From positions 7,807,898 to 7,852,635 of the forward strand of contig NC_069004.1 of the NCBI RefSeq assembly GCF_001194135.2: a stretch of DNA of 44,738 nt. The letters run 5' to 3'. Below the pieces are notes generated by a model that saw only the letters and a program-made list of their open reading frames with translations, made no database searches and had not been told where the DNA came from. The first letter of the stretch is position 1; each line of letters starts with the position of its first letter. The DNA is from Octopus bimaculoides (lineage: Eukaryota). Positions 1 to 11,094 of the stretch are shown here, one piece after another. Made by a program: the position numbers and the translations under genes.

Positions 1-33
<33 letters not shown>

Positions 34-52
34 ATATATATAATATATATAT
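1..52. repeat. (AT)n microsatellite at the window start
   Basis: Direct reading of the sequence. Confidence 0.95.
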
Positions 53-934
53 GACATATACAAATGTGGAAAGGTATTTGGGGTAGTAGTTTTCCAGACA
101 AACCTTCAGAGACTCTGGTGGCAAACGATTAGTACGTGACGTGAGGAATTTTTTGCTGCTATTCCGAATAGGTAGAGCAACTGTGCTCTTACATCTGACT
201 AAGTTTGCCAGCTAAGCTATTGTTTTTGGATTTAAACCAAAACCGAAATCGATAAATCAAAATCCAATAATTTACCTGATATCTATCTTATATACCGTAG
301 ACATATTCACTTTGTGTTCATCGAATTTGTGTTGAAAATAAGAAAAATCAGAATTGATGGTTTGTTATCTACACCCATTGATGTATGATTGCTGATGCTG
401 TCGTGATTGTTTGTGTCGGTTGTGCTACTACTGTTAGAGCCGCTTGTGATGGTTTAATGGTGGTAGTGGTGGTAGCAGTGTTTGTGTAGTTATTTTTGAT
501 TATTTTGTTGATTAGTCCCTCGTTAAGTTCGATGCAGCGGATATATGAAAAAAACGTTGTTTCAGGCGTATTATATCTACAACTATATTATCTAATATGA
601 CCTTCCTTTCTTTCATTTTAGTATTAAAGAATGTAGATTGGTGGCACACTTATATAATTGCTATTATTTCTTACAGATCAGGCAACCACTAACAGGCCCA
701 CCCATAACATGTTACATAGTCTTAACTAAAACTACATAGGTCTCTTCCTTTATCTCTTTCCTTTGTCTCCCACTCCTCTCCACCCCCTCTCTCTCTTACA
801 CACACAGACCTTGTCACATGTTATCCTTAAAAGACTACAAAGAAAGACTTTATTGATTTTCGACAGGATTTTAACTTCAAACATAGAAGTAAATACATAC
901 CTTAATGATATAAGGCAATGAGAAATCATATATT

Positions 935-960
935 CTATCTATCTCTCTCTCTATATATAT

Positions 961-1025
<65 letters not shown>
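935..1025. repeat. Compound (CT)n/(AT)n/(GATA)n microsatellite
   Basis: About 16 GATA units preceded by short CT and AT runs. Confidence 0.95.
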
Positions 1026-1026
<1 letters not shown>

Positions 1027-2744
1027 GTATATATGCATATGCATATGGTTGCGTGGCGTTTAATTGTATAATAANNNNNNNNNNNNNNNNNNNNNNNNNN
1101 NNNNNNNNNNNNNNNNNNNNNNNNNNNNNNNNNNNNNNNNNNNNNNNNNNNNNNNNNTATATGCAATAATAAATCTCTGAGCGAGGTATAAACAGTAGCT
1201 GCATCGTAAAAGCCTTCCCGTCTCCAACCTGATGTGATACACACGGACCCGAGTTCTTGAGTCTATGTAAAACTCATTTTCTCAGCCCCTTTTATTTTCC
1301 CCAAGAATCAACCCTTGTCTCCATAGAAATGAGTTCTGTATGATTTATTGATTTTCTTCTGACTGTAGACTACTGACTGGCTTTGTCATGTTTTCTTAAT
1401 TATTGTTCTTTCTTTTCAATTAACTTCTTCGGATATCAGAATTTTTCAGGGAAAGTTTTAAAATTTTGATTTGAGTGTGAACCATTTATACTTGAGTGTT
1501 CTCATTTTAGTATCTCCAAAGCGTTGTTTTTATTTTGCTTGGAGGAATACAGTTCTTTATTGACTCCCTCGTATTTCTGCCTCTCTGACAACCTTCCATA
1601 AATCAACATATTTTGTTGATTGCCCTTCCTCAAAAGACATCTCTTTTATTGTCTAAAGTTTCTCTTTACTGATTCCAAAGTACAAGTTTATTTGTCGAGA
1701 GGCATCATCAATAAACACACGTTAATTTGTTAAACGAGATGTCATTACGTTGCTGTAAATTTCCACAGCTAATTCTGTTTATTACCCATAAGCAACGTCT
1801 CATTTGGTGCCTCATTACTGTCAGTCAAATTGGGTTTCGTATGTAAACGGTGTCTTAAAAACGCAATAATCACATCTCAAAACATTTCATTTATATTTCA
1901 TACCCCTCTCTCTTCCAACTTGTAAAACACCTATTAATGTCACTGTTACTATAATCAACGTCACTCCTGTGTGGCTGAGCATGGCCGTTACATGTTATCA
2001 TTGTCTGTATCGGAATATTTTTTATGGGAGGATATTCCTGTAATATTATTCGTAGTGTTCATGCTTTGGGGAATTAAAATACCCAGAATCCTTAACCCAT
2101 CTTTTCTGGCAAATGAGTTACTTTTGGTTATATTCTTTTGTAAATTATTATATCTCTAGTTAAAGTTCATCTTAATATATATTCATACATCTTATTCATA
2201 AAACAAACCGAAATATCATTTTTACAATCATAACTTTTATAGTCATTCTATGTGAGATTATTGAGTTCGTAACTCCATGAAAAATACATTTTATAGATTT
2301 CCTTTCTTCAAGAACTAGAACTAATAAGACTGTGTTTACATTTTCCAAGGCGTATTTTTTCCCCAGTTCTTCTCCAATGTTATTGATGTCGTAACTAAGC
2401 ATGTTGTTTTGTAGCGAATCTCTGCAGGATGGATTCAGGTTTCAGATGACGAATATCACTGCAACCAGTAATCAAAGATATCTGCACTGAATGTGGTCAC
2501 AAGGATATCTACTATCCAATTATGCGAACGTCGTGTGAGTGCACGTGTCTGTGTGTACGTGTATATAGGCATGCACCTGTACGCAGTTACCTGCATACGT
2601 GCGTATATGCGTTTGTACGTGAGTGTAAGAATGTATTCATGGACGAATATAGGCAGGCTTGGATGCATGCATGCATGCATATACACATGTATATACATAC
2701 GTAAGAATCTGTGTATGAATGCACATATGTGTACATAGGAATAT

Positions 2745-2860
2745 GTATTCATGTATGTTTGTATGTATGTATGTATGTATGTATGTGTATACGTACGTAC
2801 GCATGTATGTATGTATGTTTGTATGAATGTATGTATGTATGTATGCATGTATGTGCAAGT
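2745..2860. repeat. (TATG)n imperfect microsatellite
   Basis: Direct reading; it explains the MYVC/HTYI ORFs in the track. Confidence 0.9.
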
Positions 2861-3002
2861 AAGTATGTGTATTTTTCAGCAATGTATATCGCTAAAAACC
2901 ATCTGCAAAATAGGGGTAGTTTATCCTGTTCAGGCTATATTATTAGCATTATCCTGCGTTTGAGAATTTAAAAAATCACTTCTTTAAAAAATCACAGTTA
3001 GA

Positions 3003-3210
3003 GTGCCGAGAGAAAAATGTTTCATGTCATTTCTTCCCACACATGACAGCCAGGGTTCGAATTCCGCCGAGTTTAGCTTCTCTTTTCCCTATTGCGTGCC
3101 GACTTCAAAAAAAAAAAAAAAACAAACAGACCCTTTTCCTTTCATCATTCCGGGGATGAAAAAATTAAATTAACTGTCAAGTGCTGAGGTTGATGCGATC
3201 GATTATTCCG
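3003..3210 (+). mobile_element. SINE family B copy (tRNA-derived), interrupted by a short poly(A)-containing insert
   Basis: B-box-like GGGTTCGAATTCC at 3053-3065, followed by cctttcatcattccgggg...gatcga, matching the other family B copies such as the reverse complement of 24085-24306. Confidence 0.7.
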
Positions 3211-3312
3211 TTATGTATCTATACATATATGTATGTATGCATGTATAACGGAAAAATCGATCTTATTAACCCCAGTACCTGACAGTTACTTGATTTTTTC
3301 AACCTCGGAATG
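3146..3312. repeat. 167-bp imperfect palindrome (fold-back inverted duplication)
   Basis: Arms 3146-3214 and 3245-3312 match at 57 of 69 aligned columns; the centre is atacatatatgtat. Confidence 0.9.
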
Positions 3313-4130
3313 CATATATGTATGTATGTGTATTCATGTAGTGTGTATGTAATCAAGTGTGATATCTCCATAAGCTCCTATATGTTAGAATACGTATAAC
3401 ACGTATTCAATTTTGTGAGAATTACAAAATGCCAATTTTCCTTTAATAGGAAATTCAATTCCATTTATCAGAGATTTTATCCTTTCATTCATTGCACCAC
3501 CGAAATAAATATAAAGATTCTACTTATCCAACGTGAAGCGTTCCTTCATCAATCAGTTATTGTCATGACGTAACACGCTACTGTTTCTTTTATGAATTTT
3601 CACATATACGTGTTCGTTTTGTTGTTTGTTTTTGTAGTATCTTCTCAGATAAAATATGGATAACCGGAAAAATTACCTCTTTTACCGCAAATTCTTATAC
3701 TGCTAGAAGAGAGATACTTAATATCATTACAATAAAAAAAATTAGTGTAACACAATATAATGCCATTAACAATTCCAAAATTGGCAGAGAGCTTTGTATG
3801 CATGGATCGACTGTAAAAAATATTTTAAAAGCGGCAGCTTAAATCACAGAAAAAACGATAAAAAAAACGCAATAGTTCTTTGTGGTTTGCAAACAAGTAA
3901 AATAAATTGAATTACTGGAATGATGGAAATGCAACGAATTCTTCCTGAATGTATTAAGGGCTCTAATCAAAAATATATTTTCTTTTATCCAAGGCTACAA
4001 TTCAAAGCAAAAAATGTTAATATAATTACAACCGTGGAAAATAAAGGTAATGAAGCAACGCCGAAGAGAGAGACATTTAATGAATGTGCTGGCTGATATG
4101 AACGATTTAAATCCAGGAATCAAATGCATT

Positions 4131-4144
4131 AAACAACAACAACT

Positions 4145-4238
<94 letters not shown>
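4131..4238. repeat. (CAA)n(TAA)n compound trinucleotide microsatellite
   Basis: Direct reading. Confidence 0.95.
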
Positions 4239-4241
<3 letters not shown>

Positions 4242-4348
4242 CAAACTCGTCCACTGCAGATACAAAAAAAAATACGAAAAAATAAAAACTTTTTTAGATA
4301 TCTTTTTATTGTTTTGCTCATTCCACTGCGGCGGCCATACTGAGGCGC

Positions 4349-4448
4349 TTAAAAGGTTTACACGAAGGGTTAAACTTAAAGGGGTTACGCCAAGGGTAAA
4401 ACTTAAAGGGGTTACGCCAAGGGTAAAACTTAAAGGGTTTATACGAAG
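4349..4448. repeat. 27-bp minisatellite, about 3.7 units
   Basis: Units start at 4349, 4376, 4403 and 4430; units 2 and 3 are identical (TTAAAGGGGTTACGCCAAGGGTAAAAC). Confidence 0.9.
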
Positions 4449-4772
4449 AAATCGACCCCACTTCGTATGTTTTTTTTTACTATTGGTCGTTTTGCCGAAA
4501 CACTAGGTTACAGGGACGTAAACAAACCAACGCTAGTTATCAAGCAGTGGGGGGTAAAAACACAAAAACACACACACGCACGTGCACAGAGACTCATATG
4601 CATGCACTCATACAAACAAACACACACACATACACACGTATATGTAGATATATGAGGATCGTTCACACTTTCCTTCCACCAAAACCACCTCCAAGGGATT
4701 AGTCGTCCCAGGGCTTTGCCCAAGGTACCGCGTATTGGAACTGAAACTGAAACCACGTAGTTATACTCGAAT
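4449..4772 (-). mobile_element. SINE family A copy, diverged, reverse orientation
   Basis: Reverse complement has ggtttcagtttcagttccaatacgcggtaccttgggcaaa, an internal (TG)n tract and gtttacgtccctgtaacctagtgtttcggcaaaa, colinear with 32120-32567. Confidence 0.8.
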
Positions 4773-4789
4773 ATGTTTGTCTGAACGTG

Positions 4790-4972
4790 TGTTTATCTTA
4801 ACCCGTTCGCTTAAGCAATTCGTGTTTGTTTGTTTACGTCCGTATAAACTAGCGGTTCGTACCAGATTTAATTGAATATGGAGACCGATTTATTTGACTA
4901 AAACACTTTAGAACTCTACTCCAGTATGGCGTCAGTTCAATAACTGAAACATGTAAAAGATTAAAAATAAAT
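4790..4972 (+). mobile_element. SINE family A, 3' half
   Basis: gtttacgtccgtataaactagcggttcg...ctccagtatggc...actgaaacatgtaaaaga is colinear with 16085-16282. Confidence 0.75.
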
Positions 4973-6112
4973 ACAGAGGTTTTTTTGCGTTTGGTTTCAT
5001 CATTTTTAGTTACTAGAATTCTTCGAACTAAGGAAAACTTATTTGACAAATCAATCCGATTTTCAATGTTTCCTTTTCGATGTTCATATTTATGACATCT
5101 TGTATTAATATCCGAAAATTAAATCTATTTATGGTTCCTTCCCATGATTCCACTATCTCAGAACTTTGGTGAAACATTCCAATGCAACTGTGTTATGCTT
5201 TTACTATTGATGTTTACAACACCTGATGAGTCTACAGCGCAGCGCGTTAATATTTACTTCAAGTTTCCTTCTAAGATCTTTGTGTTCATTTATTTCATTA
5301 TCACGTAAACTTCAGGTGTCTTACTGGGTGTTCTTTAAGACTGACAAATACTACATACAAGCAGGTATTGATTATTTAATGTGTTATCACATATTTTCAG
5401 AGAGTCCCAAGTGATATCGTCAATATATTTTAACACAAAAGTGCGTATATTTTTTTCCTTAATCTTACCAAAAAATATTTGTCCTCTTCTTATTAGCATA
5501 AAGAAATTGGAAAGAAAATTTCTCAAACACTGGTTTTAAACTGTTTTTTGACAGAGCACATTCTGCTGTCAGTTTTTCTATGCGTAAATGTTTAACAGTT
5601 GAGTTATAATGGCGATATTGGTGACAATGTCAGCGTTTTGATTACATTTCTATTAATCTTCACATTGCCAGCTTCTCACTAGTTTGAAGTGTTTTCAGAA
5701 GAACGATTAACATCACAAGAGTTGTAATGATACCTTACATGCTTTCGATATCTTTAGAAGATCAACTAATATTACATATATGGAAATAACACTTTTAGCT
5801 GGTTCTAAGAGTCTTTAGAATATCCACAAATATCAAAAGCGTTACAGCAACACTTGCTATAAGGTACAGTCACATTTCAGGGCATCAGAAGATGCTTGTT
5901 GTCGAAAATATTTAATCAGGAAATAATTTAAGAGTTTGGAGTGAAATGTCTTTTAATAATTAGTCATATATTAAGAACTTTATACCGACAATACGAAGAT
6001 AGTGGATGTAGATCTTTCATAATCATAACATACGTAGATTTATGTTCGTGGCCAAATATAATCTCCCCTTATACATTTTCCCTAAAGGAGAATCCGTTAT
6101 AAAATATCGACA

Positions 6113-6620
6113 TTTGCACCGTATACAGCGAGATCTGAAATGTTTATATGCATTTTTATTCTTAACACATCTATACAGGATCGAACGGAAGATATGCTGC
6201 TCGTTTGTTCGTTGACAGTATAAACAATGCCAGCAGCTTTGTCTAGGCTCAGAGTTCCAGTCACTCTTGGCAAACCAGACACAACATATCAAAACACAGG
6301 TATCCCAGAATGCCAATGATCTGAGTTTGTTTAACATATTGTTGTCTTAAAAGTACTAAGTTATTCTTCCGTGACATACACTATGACGACCAGCATATTT
6401 GACATCCGAAACTGCCTTGACGGGTTAAGAATAAATACGGGTATAACCGTTCCAGATCCCGCTGTACACGGTGAAAGTAACGTTTTTATATTGGTTGGCA
6501 GGTATAATCACCGATCAGCAACAATTTGTTCAACGAAATATAAACAAAGCTAACGGCTTTGTTTTGGCTCAGAGTTCCGGTTACTTCTGACTGACTAGAC
6601 ATGTCGAAACACCGGCACCA
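6113..6620. repeat. Rearranged local duplication with an inverted segment and a direct segment
   Basis: 6113-6204 aligns to the reverse complement of 6386-6477; about 6219-6300 aligns directly to about 6539-6620. Confidence 0.75.
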
Positions 6621-7974
6621 CAGAACAGCGTGCACCAATAAACCAGGTGTACTGAACACGCTCCCGTTGTGAAACTAAGAGGGTTATACTGTTATAGAAT
6701 TAAAGCGCCCATTATATTTTGCTCCTCAACTGGCCGAAACGTGTTAAGAATACAAAATGCAAAAATGCAATCCATTAAAACTTTCTTGCTTTAGATGATT
6801 TAAACGTGGCTCATGACAACGGTTTCCTCTGCAGGCATATCTCCCTTCCTTCTACAAAAGAATCAATTTGGTTTTAATAACACTACAATTGTTTTTATTT
6901 TCTGTATTATCCTGTCTCTTGTTAACATATTGTGTACATCTCTTTTCTAAATGGCATTATATATTCAATGGAGAAACCCCTTTCATGCGAACTTCTCGCA
7001 CGACTGCCAGATGAGCTTAAGACTAAACATTGACCTATCAATTTGTTAAAGGATAGCAGCTTTCTACTTTAAAAACAAACTGTTTTTATAGCATTAACCA
7101 TAATAGGCATAATTCGCAACACAAATCTATATACTACAGACTTTTGAAAATCTAATGTTTATTTTGAAATGTAATTAAATTGTAATTAATGTAAATAATT
7201 TCAGTTTCATTCCTGCTATTCGCCCATTCGTTTGAATTANNNNNNNNNNNNNNNNNNNNNNNNNNNNNNNNNNNNNNNNNNNNNNNNNNNNNNNNNNNNN
7301 NNNNNNNNNNNNNNNNNNNNNNNNNNNNNNNNNNNNNNNNNNNNNNNNNNNNNNNNNNNNATATATTCAAATATGAATGAGAAGCAGCCTGGGGAATATA
7401 AACAATATCGAACATACAAATGCAAGTTATGTGTTTTGCCATTTCGTGAGCATGATGAGATTTATAGATAAGACAGAAAATTTTCTCATCAATACGCCTC
7501 GAAGTCATGTCTATGATTTGTAGGTGTTCTTACACCAGGCGTATTAACGAGGAAATTTTCTTTATATGTCTGTCCGTCTGTCCGTCTGTCTCTGTCTCTG
7601 TCTCTCCCTGTCTCTTTCTCTGTCTCTATGTATATATATATATATATATATATACCACCAGATCATAATATGATTTAGTGGTAGAAATTATCTGGGGTGT
7701 CATATCTTACAAATATTTTCTAAAACCACATCCAATGTTACCTTTATCAGGTATCGCCTATAGCAACTTTGTCTGTCAAGGTCAATGTGACGATCACACG
7801 CTACACACGTCCCTTCCAAGCACTGCTGTAAACAGCAGAAGTGAGCTACAACGATAAAACTTAATGCACATGCACAACAGACTTCAAAGTCAATCTGTGC
7901 AAAGTGGCTGTATTTTGCGTTCTTTAGTTTCGTTACTATGGCCATAGTCCAGATACTTATTGATCAGACATCTC

Positions 7975-8148
7975 ATGTCGGACAAAATGCTTAGCAGCAT
8001 TTCTTCCGTCTCTTTACGTTCTGATTTCAAATCCTGCCCAAGTTAACTTTGCTTCTCATCTCACTGATTTCGATGAAATGAAGTACCGGTCATGAAGTGA
8101 GGTTTATCTAACCGATTCATCTCTTCCCAACAAAGTGTGCTGCATTTG
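7975..8148 (+). mobile_element. SINE family B copy
   Basis: cggacaaaatgcttagcagcatttc...tacgttctgatttcaaatcctgcccaagttaactttgc...aagtacc matches the family B consensus seen at 24085-24306. Confidence 0.75.
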
Positions 8149-8233
8149 AATCCCACAACAAACTGGCGTCCCGTTAAAGGGAAATGTTGTGACCCCAGTC
8201 ACTTTATACTCCATGAACCTATGGTAGCAAACC
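8149..8233 (+). mobile_element. 3' module related to the SINE family C tail
   Basis: atcccacaacaaactggcgtcccgt resembles accctgcgacggactggcgtaccgt at 28081-28105. Confidence 0.45.
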
Positions 8234-9254
8234 TTAATAAATTCTAGGTCCCAGTAAAAATTAAACAGTAACAGCAATACTAAGTGGAATCTGCTTGTTA
8301 TCGCCCACCGAAGAATTTCAGCAAATAGAAGTTATTGATGGTGTTTATTTATCCTTTCTCCATGCTATCAATCTTGGCATTGATTCTTGATCTTATTAAT
8401 CTTAGTAACAGGCTCCTCAGGGATAGTACGTCGTCGGCTGGAAACTGTTAATCTCAGAAACCGAAGTGGAATATTTTAAACAAGCTTTGTAATTTGGAAG
8501 CGCTCTAGGTCACTCTGACTTTCCTGCAATGTTGATGTCACGAGAACTGCAGAGGCTATCGCAGCAGAGAGGCAAAAATCGTGTTCATTAGGTAATTAAG
8601 TGTGATGTAGAAAAAGAAGAAGAAAAACACCGACAATCCTTTGTCGTTGTCATTTATCCAAAGTTCCATAAAGGAACAGGCCACTTAGCTTTTTACATGT
8701 TCTACGACAGAGGAGAAAACAACTCCATACATACAAATTAAGCATGGGGATATAGAGCTATGAGTATGAATGCACATACCAACACATTTACACACACACA
8801 CATATATATACGCATATGTATATATATATATATATATAGATATATATACACATGGACATATATAGATATATACGCATTCATATGTATAAATATAAATATA
8901 CACATATANNNNNNNNNNNNNNNNNNNNNNNNNNNNNNNNNNNNNNNNNNNNNNNNNNNNNNNNNNNNNNNNNNNNNNNNNNNNNNNNNNNNNNNNNNNN
9001 NNNNNNNNNNNNNNNNNNNNNNNNNNNNNNNNNNNNNNNNNNNNNNNNNNNNNNNNNNNNNNNNNNNNNNNNNNNNNNNNNNNNNNNNNNNNNNNNNNNN
9101 NNNNNNNNNNNNNNNNNNNNNNNNNNNNNNNNNNNNNNNNNNNNNNNNNNNNNNNNNNNNNNNNNNNNNNNNNNNNNNNNNNNNNNNNNNNNNNNNNNNN
9201 NNNNNNNNNNNNNNNNNNNNNNNNNNNNNNNNNNNNNNNNNNNNNNNATATATA

Positions 9255-9285
<31 letters not shown>

Positions 9286-9319
9286 AATATATATATAAAT
9301 AAAATATTTATCTATACTA

Positions 9320-9321
<2 letters not shown>

Positions 9322-9395
<74 letters not shown>

Positions 9396-9420
9396 GGAGA
9401 CAGAGAGACAGAGACAGATA
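9322..9420. repeat. (GATA)n followed by (GACA/GA)n microsatellite
   Basis: Direct reading. Confidence 0.95.
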
Positions 9421-9782
9421 TACTAATACATGTGTGCATATACGCACACATCTATGGGTGCGTGAAATAGGGAAAATATTTCTACCTGAGGCCACTATGG
9501 CTTCTATCATCTTCTGTTTCTACAACCATCAATTTTACTTACATATAGAATTATATGTTGTCAAAATATATCGATATCATTTGAAACGCTCTAATACTGA
9601 GATAATCTTTAACATTTGACTCGAAATAAGTATACGATATGTTCTAATTCCCAACTGACGTATTACCACAGTTACTTCCAAAATATCATTATCATCTCTT
9701 CGTCACTTTCTCTATCTCTGCACTATCTTTCTCACTCTCCTTGTCTCTCTTGCCTTTTAATATACACACAAATACACGAGAG

Positions 9783-9965
9783 TTTGTGTGTGTGCATGTG
9801 TGTGTGTGTGTATGTGTGTGTGTGTGTGTGAGCGTGTGTGTGTGCGCGCGCGCGCTTGTATTAGTATTTAAGTACATAGTGATGTTATGGGTAGTACATT
9901 TTTGGAAAAATATATCATCCTAAAGAAAAATGTCAGTTCGAGATGTTATGCATACACAGACACAG

Positions 9966-9996
<31 letters not shown>

Positions 9997-10022
9997 CATG
10001 TGTATGTGTGTCTATGTATATG

Positions 10023-10079
<57 letters not shown>

Positions 10080-10084
10080 GTATG

Positions 10085-10123
<39 letters not shown>

Positions 10124-10169
10124 GTATATATGAATGGATATATGTGTTTGAATAGATGGATGTGTGTTT

Positions 10170-10218
<49 letters not shown>

Positions 10219-10225
10219 CGCGCAT
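9783..10225. repeat. Microsatellite cluster: (TG)n(CG)n twice, flanking (CA)n and long (AT)n tracts
   Basis: Direct reading; (CG)n runs at about 9845-9856 and 10210-10222. Confidence 0.9.
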
Positions 10226-10482
10226 ATGTTCTTAACAACAACTGGCGAAAGAAACAGAAACCAGAAACAAAGTTACTGCTGACCAATCTCCTTCAGGCAT
10301 TTCTTAACAAAAACTGTATTATCATAACTTGAAAGCTACAAATTACTTATATCAGATGTGATGTATGTATATAATATATGCATGTATATATGTATCAAGG
10401 TATGTATGTATATATGATTACATGTACCTATCTATCTATCTATCTATCTCTGTATGTGTGTGTGTCTGTTTCTGTCGTGTTA

Positions 10483-10659
10483 TTTTTGTGGCTTCGGAGT
10501 GTTTTGACTCCAATTTTTAGCAAAGCTGTTTTTTTTTTCTAAAGTGCCCTTATTATATGGAATGCTTTTATATATAACAAGGGCGCATTTTGTTTTTTAT
10601 TAAAAAAAAAAAAAAGCTTTGCTATAATTAGGAGTCAAAACACTCCGAATCCTCAAAAA
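10483..10659. mobile_element. 177-bp fold-back MITE with 44-bp terminal inverted repeats and a TTA target-site duplication
   Basis: 10483-10526 versus the reverse complement of 10616-10659 match at 39/44. TTA at 10480-10482 and 10660-10662. Inner inverted repeat aaagtgcccttattatat / atataacaagggcgcatttt. Confidence 0.85.
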
Positions 10660-11094
10660 TTAGTACTATATTTTCACAAGAATGGTTTGAAATAACTAAG
10701 TGAAATAAGGATTGCGTCTGACCTCTACAAAATTGTAAGAAGGAATGTCAATTAACGTGTTATCATGATTTCGAATTTAGCCCCAAAACACGATTGATTC
10801 TCCTCAGACGATTCTCCTAGAAAAATTCTTATATAGCACTTCAACCAATTACTGTGTTCGTTTTAGTGCCCAAGCTGCACTGAGAAAAAGGAATTCAGTG
10901 AATCCAAATTTGTTTTAAAAACTATGTAACGGACATTAATAATCAAGAGGTAAAATAATAAGAGAGAGAAAAAGAGAGAGAAACGAAAGAGTAAAAATAT
11001 CGTATAGAGTGCGCATCAGAATTATAAAGACAAAACTTACTTGGAAGAGGATGCGTGGCGTTCAATCATATAATAAAATAAATAATATATATTA

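Noticed and set aside
369-576. Minus-strand Thr-rich frame (YNTPETTFFSYIRCIELNEG...TATTTTTIKPSQAALTVVAQPTQTITTASAIIHQWV*), mucin-like
   Set aside because: Driven by a degenerate (GGT/GAT/TGT) low-complexity tract; weak acceptor context; no start and no homology.
1380-1718. Minus frame VFIDDASRQINLYF, resembling the copia/Tnt1 integrase motif FIDDASR
   Set aside because: An in-frame stop lies two codons upstream and the downstream SDNGGEY and PQQNG motifs are absent; one 7-residue match is not enough.
2468-2530. VIKDICTECGHKDIYYPIMR, like a zinc-ribbon CxxC (RPA12/RPB12)
   Set aside because: Only one CxxC pair, no suitable splice sites or start, and it runs into a microsatellite.
4349-4448. 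CRISPR-like or telomeric interpretation of the 27-bp repeats
   Set aside because: The units are contiguous with no spacers and there are no TTAGGG arrays; eukaryotic context.
5223-5260. CTGATGAG hammerhead core start
   Set aside because: No stem II-GAAA follows.
6655-6760. GGCCGAAACGTG, like a Penelope/hammerhead 3' half
   Set aside because: No CTGANGA at a suitable distance and G at the cleavage position.
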